This document shows positions 1 to 13,800 of a DNA stretch of 64,000 nucleotides, piece after piece; positions within the stretch are counted from its first letter, which is position 1; every line of letters begins with the position of its first letter. The position numbers were made by a program, and so were the translations under genes. Origin of the DNA: Amoebophrya sp. A120 (Eukaryota; Protista; Dinoflagellata); assembly GCA_905178155.1 (NCBI GenBank), contig CAJINV010000002.1, positions 5,637,709 to 5,701,708 on the forward strand, written 5' to 3'. The notes under the pieces were generated by a model, which saw only the letters and a program-made list of their open reading frames with translations, was not told where the DNA came from and did not search any database.

Positions 1-265
1 GCGGACCATCTTGGGGGTCCTGGCGCCACGTCAATACGAGGCGACCAATGCGAGCAATGAGACCAATACGATTTCACTCGATTTCTGTGTCGGTCTAATA
101 CGACTCGTATTGTTTATAAAATTCTCTGTCATAGATTTTGTAAGGACTTTGCAATGCATATTCCGCATGAAAATTACCGCTTCAGCATGGCCGAGAATGG
201 GCATCTTGTGCTACGAACGCAGGACAAATAATTTTTGCCAGATATACAGGACTCAGTCGCAAGAT

Positions 266-1489
266 TCAAACATATTTGCAACGCATATCTTCGCCCACCC
301 CGCCCGATACCTCGGCCACGTCCTCTAGATCCGATAGACTCGTCTCAGACTCAGTCTCAGCAGTCTCGCTCCAAATAGCCTCGTCATCAGGGTACTTGTC
401 CCGCATCCACCTAGCCTCGCGATCAGCTGTATCAGGGTGATTTTCCCGCAGCCACAACTGCCAGATCTTCCACCGCTCTTCCTCCACGCTGGCATCACGA
501 GACAATGCTCCTTCTCTTCGCCAGCGCATGATAGCTTCTCTGCCATCTCCCCCCTGCCTGAATCTATGACATTCGTCAAACAGGTCGGGGTGTCTATGTT
601 CCGCGAGTTCCAATTCACGTGCCAACTTGTTGTTCAATTCATTTGATATCCAAAGTGAAAATACGTCTGGGTCTGGATGAGTCCACGTGTTTACCATGCA
701 GATTTTGGATGCCTCGCCAGGTCTGGATTGCCGGGGATAGTACTTATCATAGATTTTGTAAGGATTTTGCGAATGCATATTCCGCCTGAGACGTACCGCT
801 TCAGCATGACCGAAAATGGGCGTCTCGTGCTACCTCCAAAGGACAAATTTTTCCCCGATCTACGGGACGAAGACACAAGTCGCAACCTTAAAGACCAAGA
901 CATATTTGCAACGCATACTTTCGTGTCCGGGAAGCCAACCTGGGAGCGAGGATCGGATTTTTCTCCAGGCCCAACCCAGCAAGTTCCATGCTTGGTTCCA
1001 CCAATTATCCGCACCGTAATCTATGCAAGGAAAAAGCTTTCTCCGTCTCAAACCTTTGCAGACACAGCAGTCATGAGTTTGAGTGAAGTGTGATGCGTCA
1101 GACACAAGAGAAAACAACACGGATGAAAGCCGCCTTTCTTGCATGTGCAGCGTGACAAAGAAGTGTCTCAAGGAGCGCCCGCATTACAAGTTGAGACTGA
1201 GACAGATTTTTCTCGTGATATGATCCTCGTCAGATTTGTTGGAACCGCCAGATGTTGTACTCATCTTCCCGGTCTTCGATTTGCGGCTGGTTTTCGATTT
1301 TTTCCCGCTTTTCTTGGCCTCCACCTTTGTCGCTCCGCCTTTCTTCCGGTCATGCTGAATGAAACCGGTCGGCACCTCCTCGCTTCCCTCCCAGGAGTGT
1401 GTTGCTGTGCCGGCCTTCTTCTGCAGGGCGGACACGACCGCCCCCCCCCCGGGGGCAGCAAAGGCGATCAGCGCGATCTTCTTCATCAT
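266..1489 (-). CDS. Hypothetical multi-exon gene (fragment), interrupted by degenerate introner-like repeats
   Basis: The ORF at 1184-1489 has a signal-peptide-like start (MMKKIALIAFAA). A coding-like block at ~290-646 lies between two related degenerate repeats (~130-290 and ~647-917) ending CATATTTGCAACGCATA. Linkage of the two parts is inferred. Confidence 0.35.
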
Positions 1490-2177
1490 TTTGGCGGTTC
1501 TACTAGTATCGTTTTTACTTTGTCCTGCAAAGCAGCTCCTTTTCCGTTCCTGCCGGAAGAACTGTTTTTGTGTCGGTAAAAAGGTCTACTACTTACTTGA
1601 GTTTCACTGAGTGGCTTCCATGAGCCTCTCGCACACAGAAAAAAAATCTTGGGAACTGCAGCTATTGATGCTGTCTTTTCATCAGGGTAATATTCGAGAA
1701 AAGTTCAGGCAAGCGAGCTGCTTTTTGCACGGTGTGGTCGTGAGCATGAACGAAAGTAGCTGAAAACGACCGGAACGGACGATGACTTCACTACGACTTG
1801 GGGAGTCCTGCGAGGTAACGACTTGTGCTGTCGTGGCTCCAGCACGGTGGGATCCATGGGGATTTCTGCACGTGGTACGGATAGATACAGGGTGGCCGCG
1901 CGAAAGCGTGGCACATATATATACGGACTGGTTGTAATTCTTTTTTACCACAACAGACCACGAATAAAAACGAATACAACGAATAATATCTCTGAACAAG
2001 AACGATGTTTATCACGCAGTACTATACAAGGAGGAATTCCTCATATTCAATCTGTACCAATTACATGAAGGCGTCCTTCTTTCACCTCTAATTTTCGGAG
2101 GTGGAGCCATTACTACGAAACGAAGTCCTTGTATTTCACGACGGTTCTATGTGTTTTTGTCTTTCCCGGAATCGCAT

Positions 2178-4701
2178 CTACGTACAATTCTTACCCTGGA
2201 CGAGGTGATGTTTTCCTTTCCATTCTTGGTTCAAACGATGGCAAATCTGTTCGATTTTTTTCACAATTTCTCTTTCCAGATTGTCCCGCCCTGTCTTAAT
2301 ATCCTCCTCCTCGCTTAGATGGAGACCACTTGGGGCGCCACAATAAACCCGATGTCCAAACTTCGGCAGAAACTTGTCCGGGTGGTACCGGAGCACCAGT
2401 TTGTAATAAGCATCCTTCACTGAAATCTGGTTCGTGGCGCGGGTCAGCAGCGACGTCCGCGGATTCGTGTGTCCGGGCGGAAACGGGATGTCGCTGAGAA
2501 GCCGGATTTGCTGTTGTTTGCCACTCACTTCTATCAAATGCAAAAATGTCTGGGTCTGGGAGATTGCCAGGCTTGTCATGCATATTCTGAATGGCCCATC
2601 ATGGGCCATTCAGAATATGCAGACATCATGGCATGATGTCTGATCTGATGCATGCTCTAGCATCACAGCTCTTTCGAGGGCTTTGTGATGCCTCTACCGA
2701 ACGAGAAATGTCCTCTCCGCGTGGCAGAAACTGGAGTCCTCTTGCTGGTCATGCAATGCAATTTCTTTTAGAATCCAGACACAGCATCACAAGTTTAGAA
2801 TCTTCCAGACCCAGACATATTTGCATTTCATAACTTCCTTCTCGAACTCGTCCCATGCGTCTTCGTACTGCAGCCACGCGTCGACGTAATAGTCACGGAA
2901 AAAGTTGTTGCCTTGCATTTCATTTTGATCCTCACGACCGGCACAGGAACGACAACTCTGCGCAGGTGGGTTCTGGAAAAATAAGTTGTTGTTTTTCACC
3001 CCATGACAACTACTTTTGCTCGTAGTGCCTCCTGTGTTGGTACCACTGCCACGGTTGTTTTCAACAAGAAAATCCCGACCGTACTTTGCATTTTTTCCAT
3101 TTTCTCGAAGTCCGAAGATGTCCTGCAAATTCTTGCGGACAGCTGGAGGCGGATATTGAGAGGAAAAATCCCCCCTCCCCATATCGAAAAGGTATGGGCT
3201 GAGACCACAAATCGCGTCTGTCTTGCAAGAAGGCAACTCCGCAGGCTCTGCCGCATTATGCAGGCGGTTTATGATTCTGTTGGGCCTACAGCATACACGT
3301 TTCTCATGCTAAGTGCCAAAAGCTCTCTACTCAGGCTTGGCAGGAGCCTGCTGTCCTCTACTGCAAGACAATAAACCTGATTTGTATACGCAAATCCAGC
3401 ATAAGAAACTTCCTTTTCATATGGGGAGGGGGGATTTTTTCTCGTGATAGCGGACCCCGGGTCGCTGTTGCGGCAGAAGAGGGCGGAAACTGCCCCTGCC
3501 GCGGCTGACTATTACAGGTGTCGTGGCTGCTAGTAGTACTACTTCTGTATATCCTATGTAAAATTTTCCCCACCCGAAAGTCAACATGGGGAATCGGCTA
3601 GACAAATCCACAAGGCTTGGCTCTTTTGCGTGACAAGTTTGGACTCGTAGTGTAGTGCTGTTTGAGGCAGCTCAGCAGCATCACACATCCAGTATACCAT
3701 GCTAATTGGAGCATGACAAATCTCAAAACGCGAAAAGAGAATGCTTCTCATGGGGCTCCGCATGAGAAACATTCTCAGCATGCAGGTTTGCATTACAACT
3801 ATGGGGTGGGGATGTTTTTAAATGCGATACTGTACCAAGCATTATTATCAGTCGCCCTCCTAGAAGTTCCCTGTTCTTGTTCCTTCTCCTCTTCCTGACC
3901 GAGGAAATTTTGCTTTTTGGTGGGCCCGTCGGGGGCCCCTTGTTCCAGCAGTACTTTGGTCAGCAAATCCGCCACCGCACTGCGATGCTGCACCGGCTCC
4001 TGCCGTGCCGTGGGTGGCGGCTTGTTCTCCTCGACGTCCCCTTCCGCTCCTGCAGAACGAGGCTCGTGTTTGTCAGCCATGTTGGTCTCTGGCTGCTGCA
4101 GGAGACCCTTCAGATCGATTTTGGAATTCTGATAGACGAAACTCGGCCATCCTGTGTAAAAACGTCCCCGCGGGGGCCCCATGCTTATTGTCATGCGAAT
4201 GCGCGTGCTCAAAACATGCCTCGTCGCACAGCAAACCAATAGAGCCATTGTCTAGCCCTGTTTGGAGACTTGTCATACTCATGCTATGAGCAGAATAGGA
4301 CTGTCGATTTCATCTGACGCGGCTGCACTAGCTAAACACGACTACACTATGTCATGCGTGACTCCCAAAAATTCTGAATTTGTGCTGTAGGATTTCCATC
4401 TCGACCATGGGGTCGACGTGGGGACATTTGTAAGTACTCAGGATATCGGCTTCGGAAGGTCCACGTTCACCACATCACCAGTGTAGTCATTCACCACGTA
4501 GTCATTCACCACCTCCTCAGGTTCGCCATTTGCGCGGCCCAGATATGATACGGCTGCACCATCGATCTTGTTTTTTATGCCCGTGGACAACAAGACCTCC
4601 CCCTCTCGCCCGCCCTCATTTCTACTCATGCAAAGTGCTAAGCTACCCCTGTGCTTCTGCTCTTTTTGATAGCCGTGATTTTTGCTTGAAAAGGTCGACA
4701 A
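2178..4701 (-). CDS. Multi-exon protein with C-terminal J (DnaJ) domain; may extend upstream to ~6782
   Basis: J-domain motif VKDAYYKLVLRYHPDK. Removing the four elements at 2532, 3154, 3550 and 4148 (each plus one 5-bp repeat) joins ORF fragments in frame: EKEV|SGK, TRGP|PPAVRK, AWYR|SST, PKPS|FVYQ. Confidence 0.7.
2532..2832. mobile_element. Introner/MITE family A
   Basis: TIR TATCAAATGCAAAAATGTCTGGGTCTGG ... CCAGACCCAGACATATTTGCATTTCATA, flanked by ACTTC/ACTTC. Confidence 0.9.
3154..3449. mobile_element. Introner/MITE family B
   Basis: TIR TATTGAGAGGAAAAATCCCCCCTCCCCATAT ... ATATGGGGAGGGGGGATTTTTTCTCGTGATA, flanked by GCGGA/GCGGA. Confidence 0.9.
3550..3829. mobile_element. Introner/MITE family C
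   Basis: TATCCTATGTAAAATTTTCCCCACCC ... GGGGTGGGGATGTTTTTAAATGCGATA, flanked by CTGTA/CTGTA. Close homolog of the copy at 17856-18135. Confidence 0.9.
4148..4445. mobile_element. Introner/MITE family C (diverged)
   Basis: CATCCTGTGTAAAAACGTCCCC ... GGGACATTTGTAAGTACTCAGGATA, flanked by TCGGC/TCGGC. Confidence 0.8.
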
Positions 4702-6212
4702 GAATTTGTTTTTAGCTCATAAAGTTGCATTACAGGCCGACATGCAGCTTGGATCTTTCCAGTTATCATGCGAAAATAGCTGCGTCTTTCCGAAACAGGT
4801 CGTTTTTTTCTATTGCTTGAGACAAAGGCCCGCAGCCAAGGGAGGCCAAAAAAGGAAGCGTAATTTTCCATAAGCGTAGTTTTCTCGCCCGTCATCTGGT
4901 GCCCATACGACGACGACGAGGACGACGGCAGGCTCTGGCTCTGTTCCACCTCTTTGTACGAATCAAATTGCATTTGCGCATTCCTCTCAATCTCCGCGAC
5001 GTTTATCCCGGGGGATGTTGAAAATGAGAGCAGAACTAGCATATTTCATTTTCATACGAAAGATAAACGCAGTGAGCATATAGCAGCGACGAGGAAGAAC
5101 TGATTTGTAAAAATATAAATAAGAGGTGACTTACAAACATCTGCCTTAGACTTTCGAACGGCATGGCACAGACCCAGCGGCGATGACGATTCTTCCTGCC
5201 CTTTTTAAGTATCTTTGCACAATGGCATCAAGATGAAGTGTGCACAACTACTTACTTACGCTAGTAATGACTCCTCTCTGGCGGGAGATACGGATCCGCA
5301 GCCGCTCGTTTCTCGGCGTCACCATCCGCTGGCGCTGCCGGGGCGTTGCCTGTCGCTGGTTGCTATCCACTCCAATCCAAATCATTGTCAGGGAAATTCT
5401 TGTGTGCAGAAGTAGGATTTTGTTCGTGCGGTTTAGGTTTCTAATTGCTACTTGGTCTTCATCACATGGGGAAAGATCGGAAATGCGTGGCTGTATGGCA
5501 CATGACCAGTCTGATCGACGCTTGTCCTTGTTCTACTTCTCAAAATAAATTCTCAATATTCCGAATGAAGAGAAAATCAGCCTGTCGGGGTGACAAGACC
5601 ACGACGAACAGACACACGGTATAATGCCGCTCAACTACATGCAGTACTGATTTATTTTGTGTAGATTTTAGACTGGGAGCTGCACTCGCAGCACGACAGC
5701 CTCGCAAATAAACGCACTGATTTCCCGACCCAGAGGACCACTGAACAAGTGGTTGCCATGCATACTTGTGGTCCAGATTTTTCTGGGAATTCAGATAGGC
5801 CGTCGTGGTCACCGGGCTCCTCGTGTAGCTGTAGACATGCTGTCCCCGTGGCGTCCGAATGGATTGCTGGCGGTCTGCGTGTAGCTGTGCTCGTGGCCGC
5901 CCCGACTGCTGTGGCGCCCCGACTGCTACAGAATTCATCCCGCTGTAATCATGCCCGGGCTATGCAAGGCAAACACGTTTGGGGCTGGAACGAAGTAAAA
6001 GTTGCGGTCAAGAACATGCTAGTGGTCATATACGAAAAGTGATCAAGTGACTGTAGTACTCATGCACGGCAAATTTTTCCACTTGCGCAGTTCCTTACTG
6101 CGCAAAATACTTAAACGCTATTATGCGGATGAGCGGCCGCAATTTTGCATGGCAAAGAAGCAGCGTCATTCCCCCACACGCTAAAAAACAGAGTTCAGAA
6201 CTAGTCCAACTT

Positions 6213-6782
6213 CTATGGTGGAACAGGATAAAAAAAAAGCATGACACAAAAGTCTTGCAATCTACTACTTCCAGACCCAGATTGATCGCTATTTGCATCT
6301 TTTGATATCTCCCGCGGCGTGACTACACCTGTAAAAATATTTCCTCTCGCGACCGTCACAGTGGGCGTCTCCGTGGAAAAAGCATAGTGCTGCTCCTTTT
6401 TCTCGTGCAGTTCTGCCTGGTGCTCGCCATGATCTCCACTGCTTTTGCTCACTGTAGAAAACCGGTAAAAGTTCTTTCTGGCCTGTGGTGCTGGCGGTGG
6501 CTTGGGCGGCGGCGCTTTCCCCGACGTCGAGTTGTTGTAGCCCACAGTAGGTCGACGCCCGAAGATTTTGTTCTGCTGCTCTTCAGTACTGGTACTTGCA
6601 CGGTAAAAATGTTGAACCTTGTAGTTCATTTTTCCGTTGCTTTCATGATCTCTTGGCGTTGCAGAAGCCGTATCGGTGGTGCCATAATTTTGTTGCGCGG
6701 CGGACTGCTCCATATAGTCGCGGAATGTTGACCCGCTCCCGCTGGGACCAACGGAGGGCAGACTTACCGGTCCTCGCGGCAT
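6213..6782 (-). CDS. Low-complexity exon, possibly the first exon of the J-domain gene
   Basis: 189-aa ORF starting MPRGPVSLPS and running into a degenerate family A element ending near 6307. Confidence 0.4.
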   Translation of the reverse strand: MPRGPVSLPSVGPSGSGSTFRDYMEQSAAQQNYGTTDTASATPRDHESNGKMNYKVQHFYRASTSTEEQQNKIFGRRPTVGYNNSTSGKAPPPKPPPAPQARKNFYRFSTVSKSSGDHGEHQAELHEKKEQHYAFSTETPTVTVARGNIFTGVVTPREISKDANSDQSGSGSSRLQDFCVMLFFYPVPP

Positions 6783-7706
6783 TTGTTTCTTCGCAAGCAG
6801 ACACGGTGGTCACGCTTCTTTGTCTCCGCAAAATTCAACTTGTCCTCTTTGAAAGGGCGAGAACAGATAATTCCAGCAATTCGACGAATAATTCTTTTCT
6901 TATCCAGAGAAACAAGGCTTCAACAGACGAATGCAACTTCCCAAATCTTCGAAGAGTTGTACATATACCATAATTACAAAGAAACGAATGTACAATACGC
7001 GCTACAACTTCTCTGAGTGACAGAGCACTTTACCGTGTTCCAGTTGTAGGTGTAGCTCGGAATATTAGAACTTAACCGAGAAAATTAATACTGAACGACA
7101 AACTGAATCGCAATCGATGCTCTACTTCACACGTCTCATTAGCAAAAAAAAATGTTGGCTGGTGCAAAAAAAAACTACCGACGACTCGATAGGTACTACC
7201 GACCATCCTTTACTGAAATTGATAGACAAGGTGGTGTGTTGAATGGAGGTGGCTGGGTTTTGTTGTTCACACAGTTAACGATGAAAGAGCGAGCAAAGTG
7301 ACCTTTTTGAACTCCACACATCTACAAGATTGTCGAAATAGATAACTTCCAGCCGCCTCGAAATTTCTTCTTCAGACACAGACCGACTGACCGATCAAGA
7401 CGAGTGCAGCTTTCTCCACCTGTATCGAACACGGCCATTTTTTACCTTGCTTTGTATAGCCAACATTTCTAACACGACTCGATTTGATGATTTACGTAGC
7501 AGCCGTCATTGCGGTGTAGCTGTAGGTTGCGCAGTTGTGAACAATGCGGAAGCAGGTGCTACCTATGGAGGACCAATGCAAGAATCCTTCTGATGACGAT
7601 GAAGAAGTGTTGCCGAGACTACACTATCGGTCTTCCCAAAAGGATCTGTGCAGAGGATGATTCTTTGCTGAAAAAACTCCCTTCATCAACATCAACATCA
7701 CCATCA

Positions 7707-9516
7707 TCACACCAACTGCGCCAAATTCTTCGCCTTTCCGCTCCTTTCAAACTCGTCGAACTTTTTTTCCTCCAGTTTCATCTCTTGTGCCCGCTTCTCC
7801 TTGACCTGAAAATTGTAGAAATTCTCGAGCTTCTTCTCCTTTTTCCTTCTCTGCTTCCGGGACAACCCGGACGTCCCGCTGGACCCAAAATCGTTGTTGT
7901 GTAACGTGTTCATCAAGTTTAAACCGCTGTTGTTCCACCCGCCCGAGGAAGTATTCAATGCTCCTCCTCCGCCTCCTGCAGCGTTCTGGCTGAATGAAAT
8001 CCCCGCCGCGGCGGGTCCGGCCGGCCCCCCGACCATGCGCTCGGGCTTGAAGGCCTTTTTGGAATCCACCAGCACAAAACCGTCCTCGTCGGGGACGTTT
8101 TGCTTCTGCTTCAGCTGCTTCTCCCGCTCCTCCTGCTGTTTCTCGAACTCGTGCATGAACTTGTCGTACTTCTGTTGCAACTCCGCAGGGTCCGGGTAGA
8201 AATTTTTCTTCAGTTTCAACAGCGCTTGCCGCAGCAGCGAGTTCTCTTCGAGGCTCTTCGCGATTTCCGGCACCAGGATTACGTTAGAGTAGATGTCGTT
8301 CTGCTCGCGTTCCTCTTCAACGTCCGAGTTTACTATTCTGCTGGTTGCTCTACTACGACTAGGACCACCTCGCTGCGCCGCAGCTACTCCACTGTCCGCT
8401 TTTTGGAGCGCTTCCCGCACCGATTGCGAATTGTCAAACCGGACCAAGGCGAAGGCGGTCTGCGATTTGTGGTTTGATGAAATAAAAATGGAACCTACTG
8501 CTACTTCAAAGGTTGGTGTTTACGGTTTTTTTGTTTTGCAGAAATTCTTTCGACAACGGGGAAGCTAGATTTTTTCATGCACAAATCGAAGTAGCATACG
8601 GGGTACGTAATCATAATTGACATGCGAGAAACATATTAAGGGCCCAGTTAGTTTGCGGAGCTGTTCTTTCTTGCATATCAGCCCTCTATCATCAAATACG
8701 TCGTACCTTCGTGACCACGCCGTCTTTCTTCAGATAACTGGCCCGCTGCTCCATTTCCTTGACCACCAACGACTCAATCTCCCCGAATTGCTGAAAGCAG
8801 CACTTCAACTCGTGCTCCGTCAGGTCGTCGAGATGGGTGACGAACAACACGTTGGGGTCCGCTTCGTCCTTTCTGAGGAGCAAAAGCACCTCCCGGTGCA
8901 AAAACAAAGGCTGGTCTGCTTCTACTTCTTCTGCTCCATCGTCGTCGTCGTCGTCGTTGTGTGGTCTTTTCGCCCTGGTGGTACAGCCAGTTGTTGCTCG
9001 TCCTGCTGTTTTCCTCTTCGTTCCCTTTTCCAACACACTGCTACTGCTCACGACCCGCAACTCGGAAAACCCGTGCCAGGGGCCGCGGGACGACGAGGCA
9101 CTACACGCACCGACTTCACTTGAACTGGCAGAGAACCGACTCCCGGTTGTAGTTCCGGCAGTCAGCTGCTTCGCTCCGGATTGCTTTTTCACCTTCTTCA
9201 TGCTTTTTTTCACCTCTCGTGACGCAGCGGTTTTGTTCTCGCTCGCTCTTGTCGATGTAGCTGCTGTAGTGCTGGGAACAGTAGTAGTCTTTGCAGGCCT
9301 TAGAACTTCTTGCGGCGCTTCTCCTCCTTCTTTTTCTTCATCGTCTGTGACAACTCGTTCTTGCGCTTCTGGTACATGTTGTTTACTCTTGTTTTCCAGT
9401 GAACGTGTCGCTTCTGTCGCTGTAGTGGTTTTCGTTTTTGCCCTCGTGGTTTTTTTACTATCGCCGATGGTGGTCTTTGCCACAAGCTTTTTCTTTTTCA
9501 GAACTTTCTTCGCCAT
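7707..9516 (-). CDS. RRP7: Ribosomal RNA-processing protein 7-like (RRM plus RRP7 C-terminal domain), spliced
   Basis: Lys-rich N-terminus, RRM-like VLFVTHL...LKCCFQQFGEIE, and RRP7 signatures PDEDGFVLV and KKEKKLENFYNFQVKEKR. Confidence 0.8.
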
Positions 9517-10849
9517 TTTGAAAAAGAGGAAAAATCGGGTGCAAAAAAGTCAGAAAACAGCAGGATCGAGTTTCACTTAAACCTATCCGTGAAACTAAAG
9601 TTTTTATCTCTTACTTCATAATCCGACTGTTCATGGGGTAGCACGAACGGTAAATTGTGCGCGAGCAACTTACATGTGCCCTATACTTTTCATCTACAGT
9701 CGCCTGCTCATCTTGTGAAACATAAGGAATGACGTAAAAGAAAAAATCACGCCACGAGCTAGGTGATCATGCAAGCTACAAGTACTACGGTACTTGGGAT
9801 CATTCCTATGGATCGGGATCGGGGTCGTGGAGGTAGATAGAAGGATTCACACACAAGTTCTTGATCGAGTACTCTATAGAGTCGCGAAGGCGGATACAAC
9901 TAAATCGTGATCAACATTTTTTCGCTCGTCCATGAAACAACGATTCCGAGAACCTCGGATCATCACCAAATGTTGCGTTTCGTGCGGAGACGAGCGCACG
10001 ACCCTCGGATTTCTTCACACATGTTTCTTCACAAAGAAATGCGTTCTTGTTTCCTTCCTATGAAGTTCACAGCATCTTCAACGATCGTCTGGATCGTTTT
10101 GTTCCTCAGCTGAAGAAATGGTTGACCTTTTCATCTGGATCATCTATGACTTTTTTGAACTGGATTTTGTCTCTGTGTCTGCGAATTCCAGCGATCTGTT
10201 GTTCCTTACGCGGATCGATTTTTTTAGCAACGGACCAGGGGACGTGAAATGCAAATGCGTCTACTACTCGGAGTACTACTACATTGGTAACAAGAAAGCA
10301 ATAGATCTGCCATTCCACCGTTATGTCGAAACTAGTACAAGCACGCTACACGGGCGTCGTCGCAGGAGTGCGGTTCCTGCGATCGCGTGTTTCTGCTTTT
10401 TATCTGAAGTGTCCGTTTGCAAGTCAGCAACTCAAAATTTGCTTACATTGTACAGCAAAAATGGAAAGTCTTGCAGGGTATAAAAATTGGGCTTATTATT
10501 TTACTATTCGAAACCTTTTCAGCCGTGCTGTTCTTTTATTTTTTGCGCCACCCATTGTTATCTCCTGTTAACTCATGAGCATCCTACAGGTGAGTCAACA
10601 AAAAGGAAAAATGACCCCGATCTAGAAGCTTCATCTTCGAAGTAGAAGTTGTGCATAAGACACATTTTTTTCCGGCGCTATTGGGGGGCGTACTACCCGT
10701 AGACCTGATAAATGAGTTCGGCTCAACGTTCTTGCACAACAAGAAGTGGTAAAAAAACATTAACACTTGGCTATGGTCTGTCCCGGGTCCCCCTGAAAAT
10801 GCTTCGAGACAGACCTGGCTCTACACCATTCCGGAGCTCTTCTTGTGCA

Positions 10850-13800
10850 CAACTTCCTCGACGCACGCAAGAACTTCCCCGATAGAGCGGCCTGATGAGG
10901 ATCAACATCAATCTCTTTCTGATCTGCCCCTTCTCGCTATTATATCTTCGAGAATCCCCCCTGGATCATTTTGTGCCCGCCGAAGCCGAACCCGATCCCG
11001 ACCCCGCCGTGTTTTTTCGCCTCGTTTCTTTTCGCACTGACAAGTGCCCCGCCCCGGAAAATGCGAATTGCTTCTGATGCAAGTTTCACTATGCAAGAAT
11101 TATGGTCTCAGCCTGCGTGATGAAGCGGCCTCGGGGTCTTTTTCCTTTCCGATCCAAGAACGTACATATCGCAAGCCCCGCTCTTCGTCGATTCAACTGC
11201 TTTGCAACACAAGTTTTCCCTTGTGTGTCTTGCTGGCTGCCTATACAACAAGATAATCAACACCGTTTTCATCTTCTTGCAAAACGAAAACCTTGCAATT
11301 GAAATAACATGTTCCCAATTTAATTATTCCGGGGTAGGGGCGGTTTGCAGATTGATACTTCTTTTCCGCCGCTCGTACTCCTTCCGCTGTTTCCAGGTCA
11401 ACTGCGGCCGCATATTGTGAGGAAAAATCTCCCCTCCCCATGAAAAGGTATGTCCCCGAAAATTTGCGTTGCTGATTTGAGGTCACCAATCACTCTTGTC
11501 TTGCAAGAAGGCAACTCTGAAGTCTCCGCCGCATTATGCGGACGGTTTGTGATGCTGCTTGGGCTACAGCATAGACATTTGTGATGCTAAGCGTCCACGT
11601 CAGAAGCTCTGTACTCAGGCACGGCATACGCCTCCAATCCCCTACTGCAAGACAGCTCTGATTTGTGTAGGGAAATCCGGCATCAGAAAATTCGTTTTGA
11701 TATGGAGAGGGAGGATTTTTCTTCACAATACCGCACGGGCGAGCCGGCACCTTGCTGCCGGAACCACAGGCGAAGTTGCTTTTTTTGCATCAGTATCCAG
11801 AAAAGGAATAAGTCGATCCGTCTGGATGGTCTAGACAAAAGGCTGCTGTAATCTCCTCACCAGTCTTCATGCGCTTTGATCGGTAAGACCAAAGACGGGA
11901 GCAGCTCTTCCCATAAAGAAAGATAGAATTAGATTTAGAACATGGCAAAGCTCCTGCATGACAAATTTTCGCACGACAGCAGTGCCGTCACGTGGTATTC
12001 GTGCCCCTGACCAGCTGCAGATTTGTGTGTGAGACCCATAAATTAGTAGAGCTGCTGGTGTATCTGCTATTAGGATCACTTGAGATATGCATGAGCATCA
12101 TGAACATGACAGTACTTTTTTTGCATCACAAGTTCCTTTTGTATCCTCTTTTTCTGTGATCGTCCAGACTGAGACCTACTTGATGCAAGAACAATGCATA
12201 GTGAGCAGCCGCCAGGTGAGCGCGAAGGTAAAGAAGGACGAAAAAAGCAGGTAAAGCCCGAACCCGATGGCGGCCGGGTCGGCGTACTCTTCTACCTTTT
12301 GATGTTTTTCACAAAGCTTATTCAATTGAAGCCCCTCCGTGAGTGATCTTCACGTTCGTAGTTGTTCAGTAGTTCATCTGCTGCAATGAATCTGCTCAAA
12401 AACAAGTAAAACATACCTCCGCCTGCGGGAACCTGACCTGGTGGTTCATGCTGGTGTCCGCGACCAAAACCTGCTTGACCACGGTCCCGTTCCCGTCGGT
12501 CAATTCCCTGAGCGCCAGGCCCTATTGTGAGGAAAAATCCCCCCTCGCTCCCCATATCGAAAGCGGAATGCGTGTTGCTGTATTTGAGTACGCAAATCAT
12601 ATCTGTCTTGCTGGAGAGGACTGCAGACCCATATCAAGCCTGAGCAGAGAGGCATTGACTTAGGCGCATAGCATGAAAAGCGTCCGTGGTGTTGGCTCAA
12701 CAGCATGACAAACCGCCTCCATAATGGGACGGAAGCTGCTGCCCTTGTCTTCTTGCAACACAAACGTGATTTGTGACCTCAAATCAGCAACACAAATTTT
12801 CGAAAACCTACCTCTTCAATATGGGGAGGGGGGATTTTTCCTTTTGATAGGCCCGCCCCCTTCACGACGACGCCCCCGTTGACGCCGCTATCAAAGAGAA
12901 AAATCCCCCTTCCCCATATCGAAACGAAGTTTCTGATGCTGGATTTGCGCACGCATATCAGGTCTGTCTTGCTGGAGAGGACTGCACGCATATGCTAAGC
13001 CTGAGTCGACAGGTTTCGACGTAGGCGACCAGCATGGCAGAGGTTGACGCGGTAAGCCCAACAGCATCACAGACCGCCTGCATAATGCGGCGGACTCTCT
13101 GGCTTTGCCTTCTTGCAAGACAGACAGGATTTGGGGCCACAAATCTGCATCACAAATTCTCAGACGGATGCGTTTTCAAAATCGGAAGGGGGGATTTTTC
13201 CTTTGAATAGCCGCCGAACTCGATTCGGTGGAACATTTTACTGCTTCCGTCAAACGCGAAGAGTTGATTCTGATCCGACTTTTATCCTGATTAAAAACGT
13301 CCCCACCCCAGAGCTGTCATGCAAATGAATCTGCATGCCAAAAAAGTTTCTCATGCGAAGCCCCATGAGAAGCTTTTTCTAGTTGTGTTTTGGGATTTGT
13401 GATGCTAGAAATAGCAAAACGCGATAGATCTGTGATGCTGCTGAACGAGCTCAACAGGATTACACAACGAGGGCGAACTTGTCATGCGAAACAAACAAAG
13501 TTTGCTGATTTGTGTAGCAGATTTCCCATCTTGAATCTGGTATGGGGACGCTTTTACTCAGGATAACTTTTCGCACTTTTTCAGTTCGATGTTAGAATCG
13601 GGAGCCGCGGGGGCTGCACTCGTAGTGGTTCCTGTCGTCGGCATCGAGGCGTGCATGTGCGAGGTGAGACAGTAAAAATTCTCGTGGTGGTGTATACCCC
13701 GGTCAGCTGCTGGAACACCCTCAACTGGAACAATGTAGACGGCAGATTTCTTGTACTATGGCAAAATGGGTGGAAACACCAGAGTCTGCTTGTGCTTGCT

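Noticed and set aside
8837-9580. 247-aa plus-strand hydrophobic ORF
   Set aside because: It is the antisense shadow of the Lys/Thr-rich RRP7 N-terminus.
10110-10126. 17-nt GT-AG micro-intron or TGA readthrough extending ORF 10106-10318
   Set aside because: The protein is unrecognised and the extension is short, so it cannot be distinguished from chance without transcripts.
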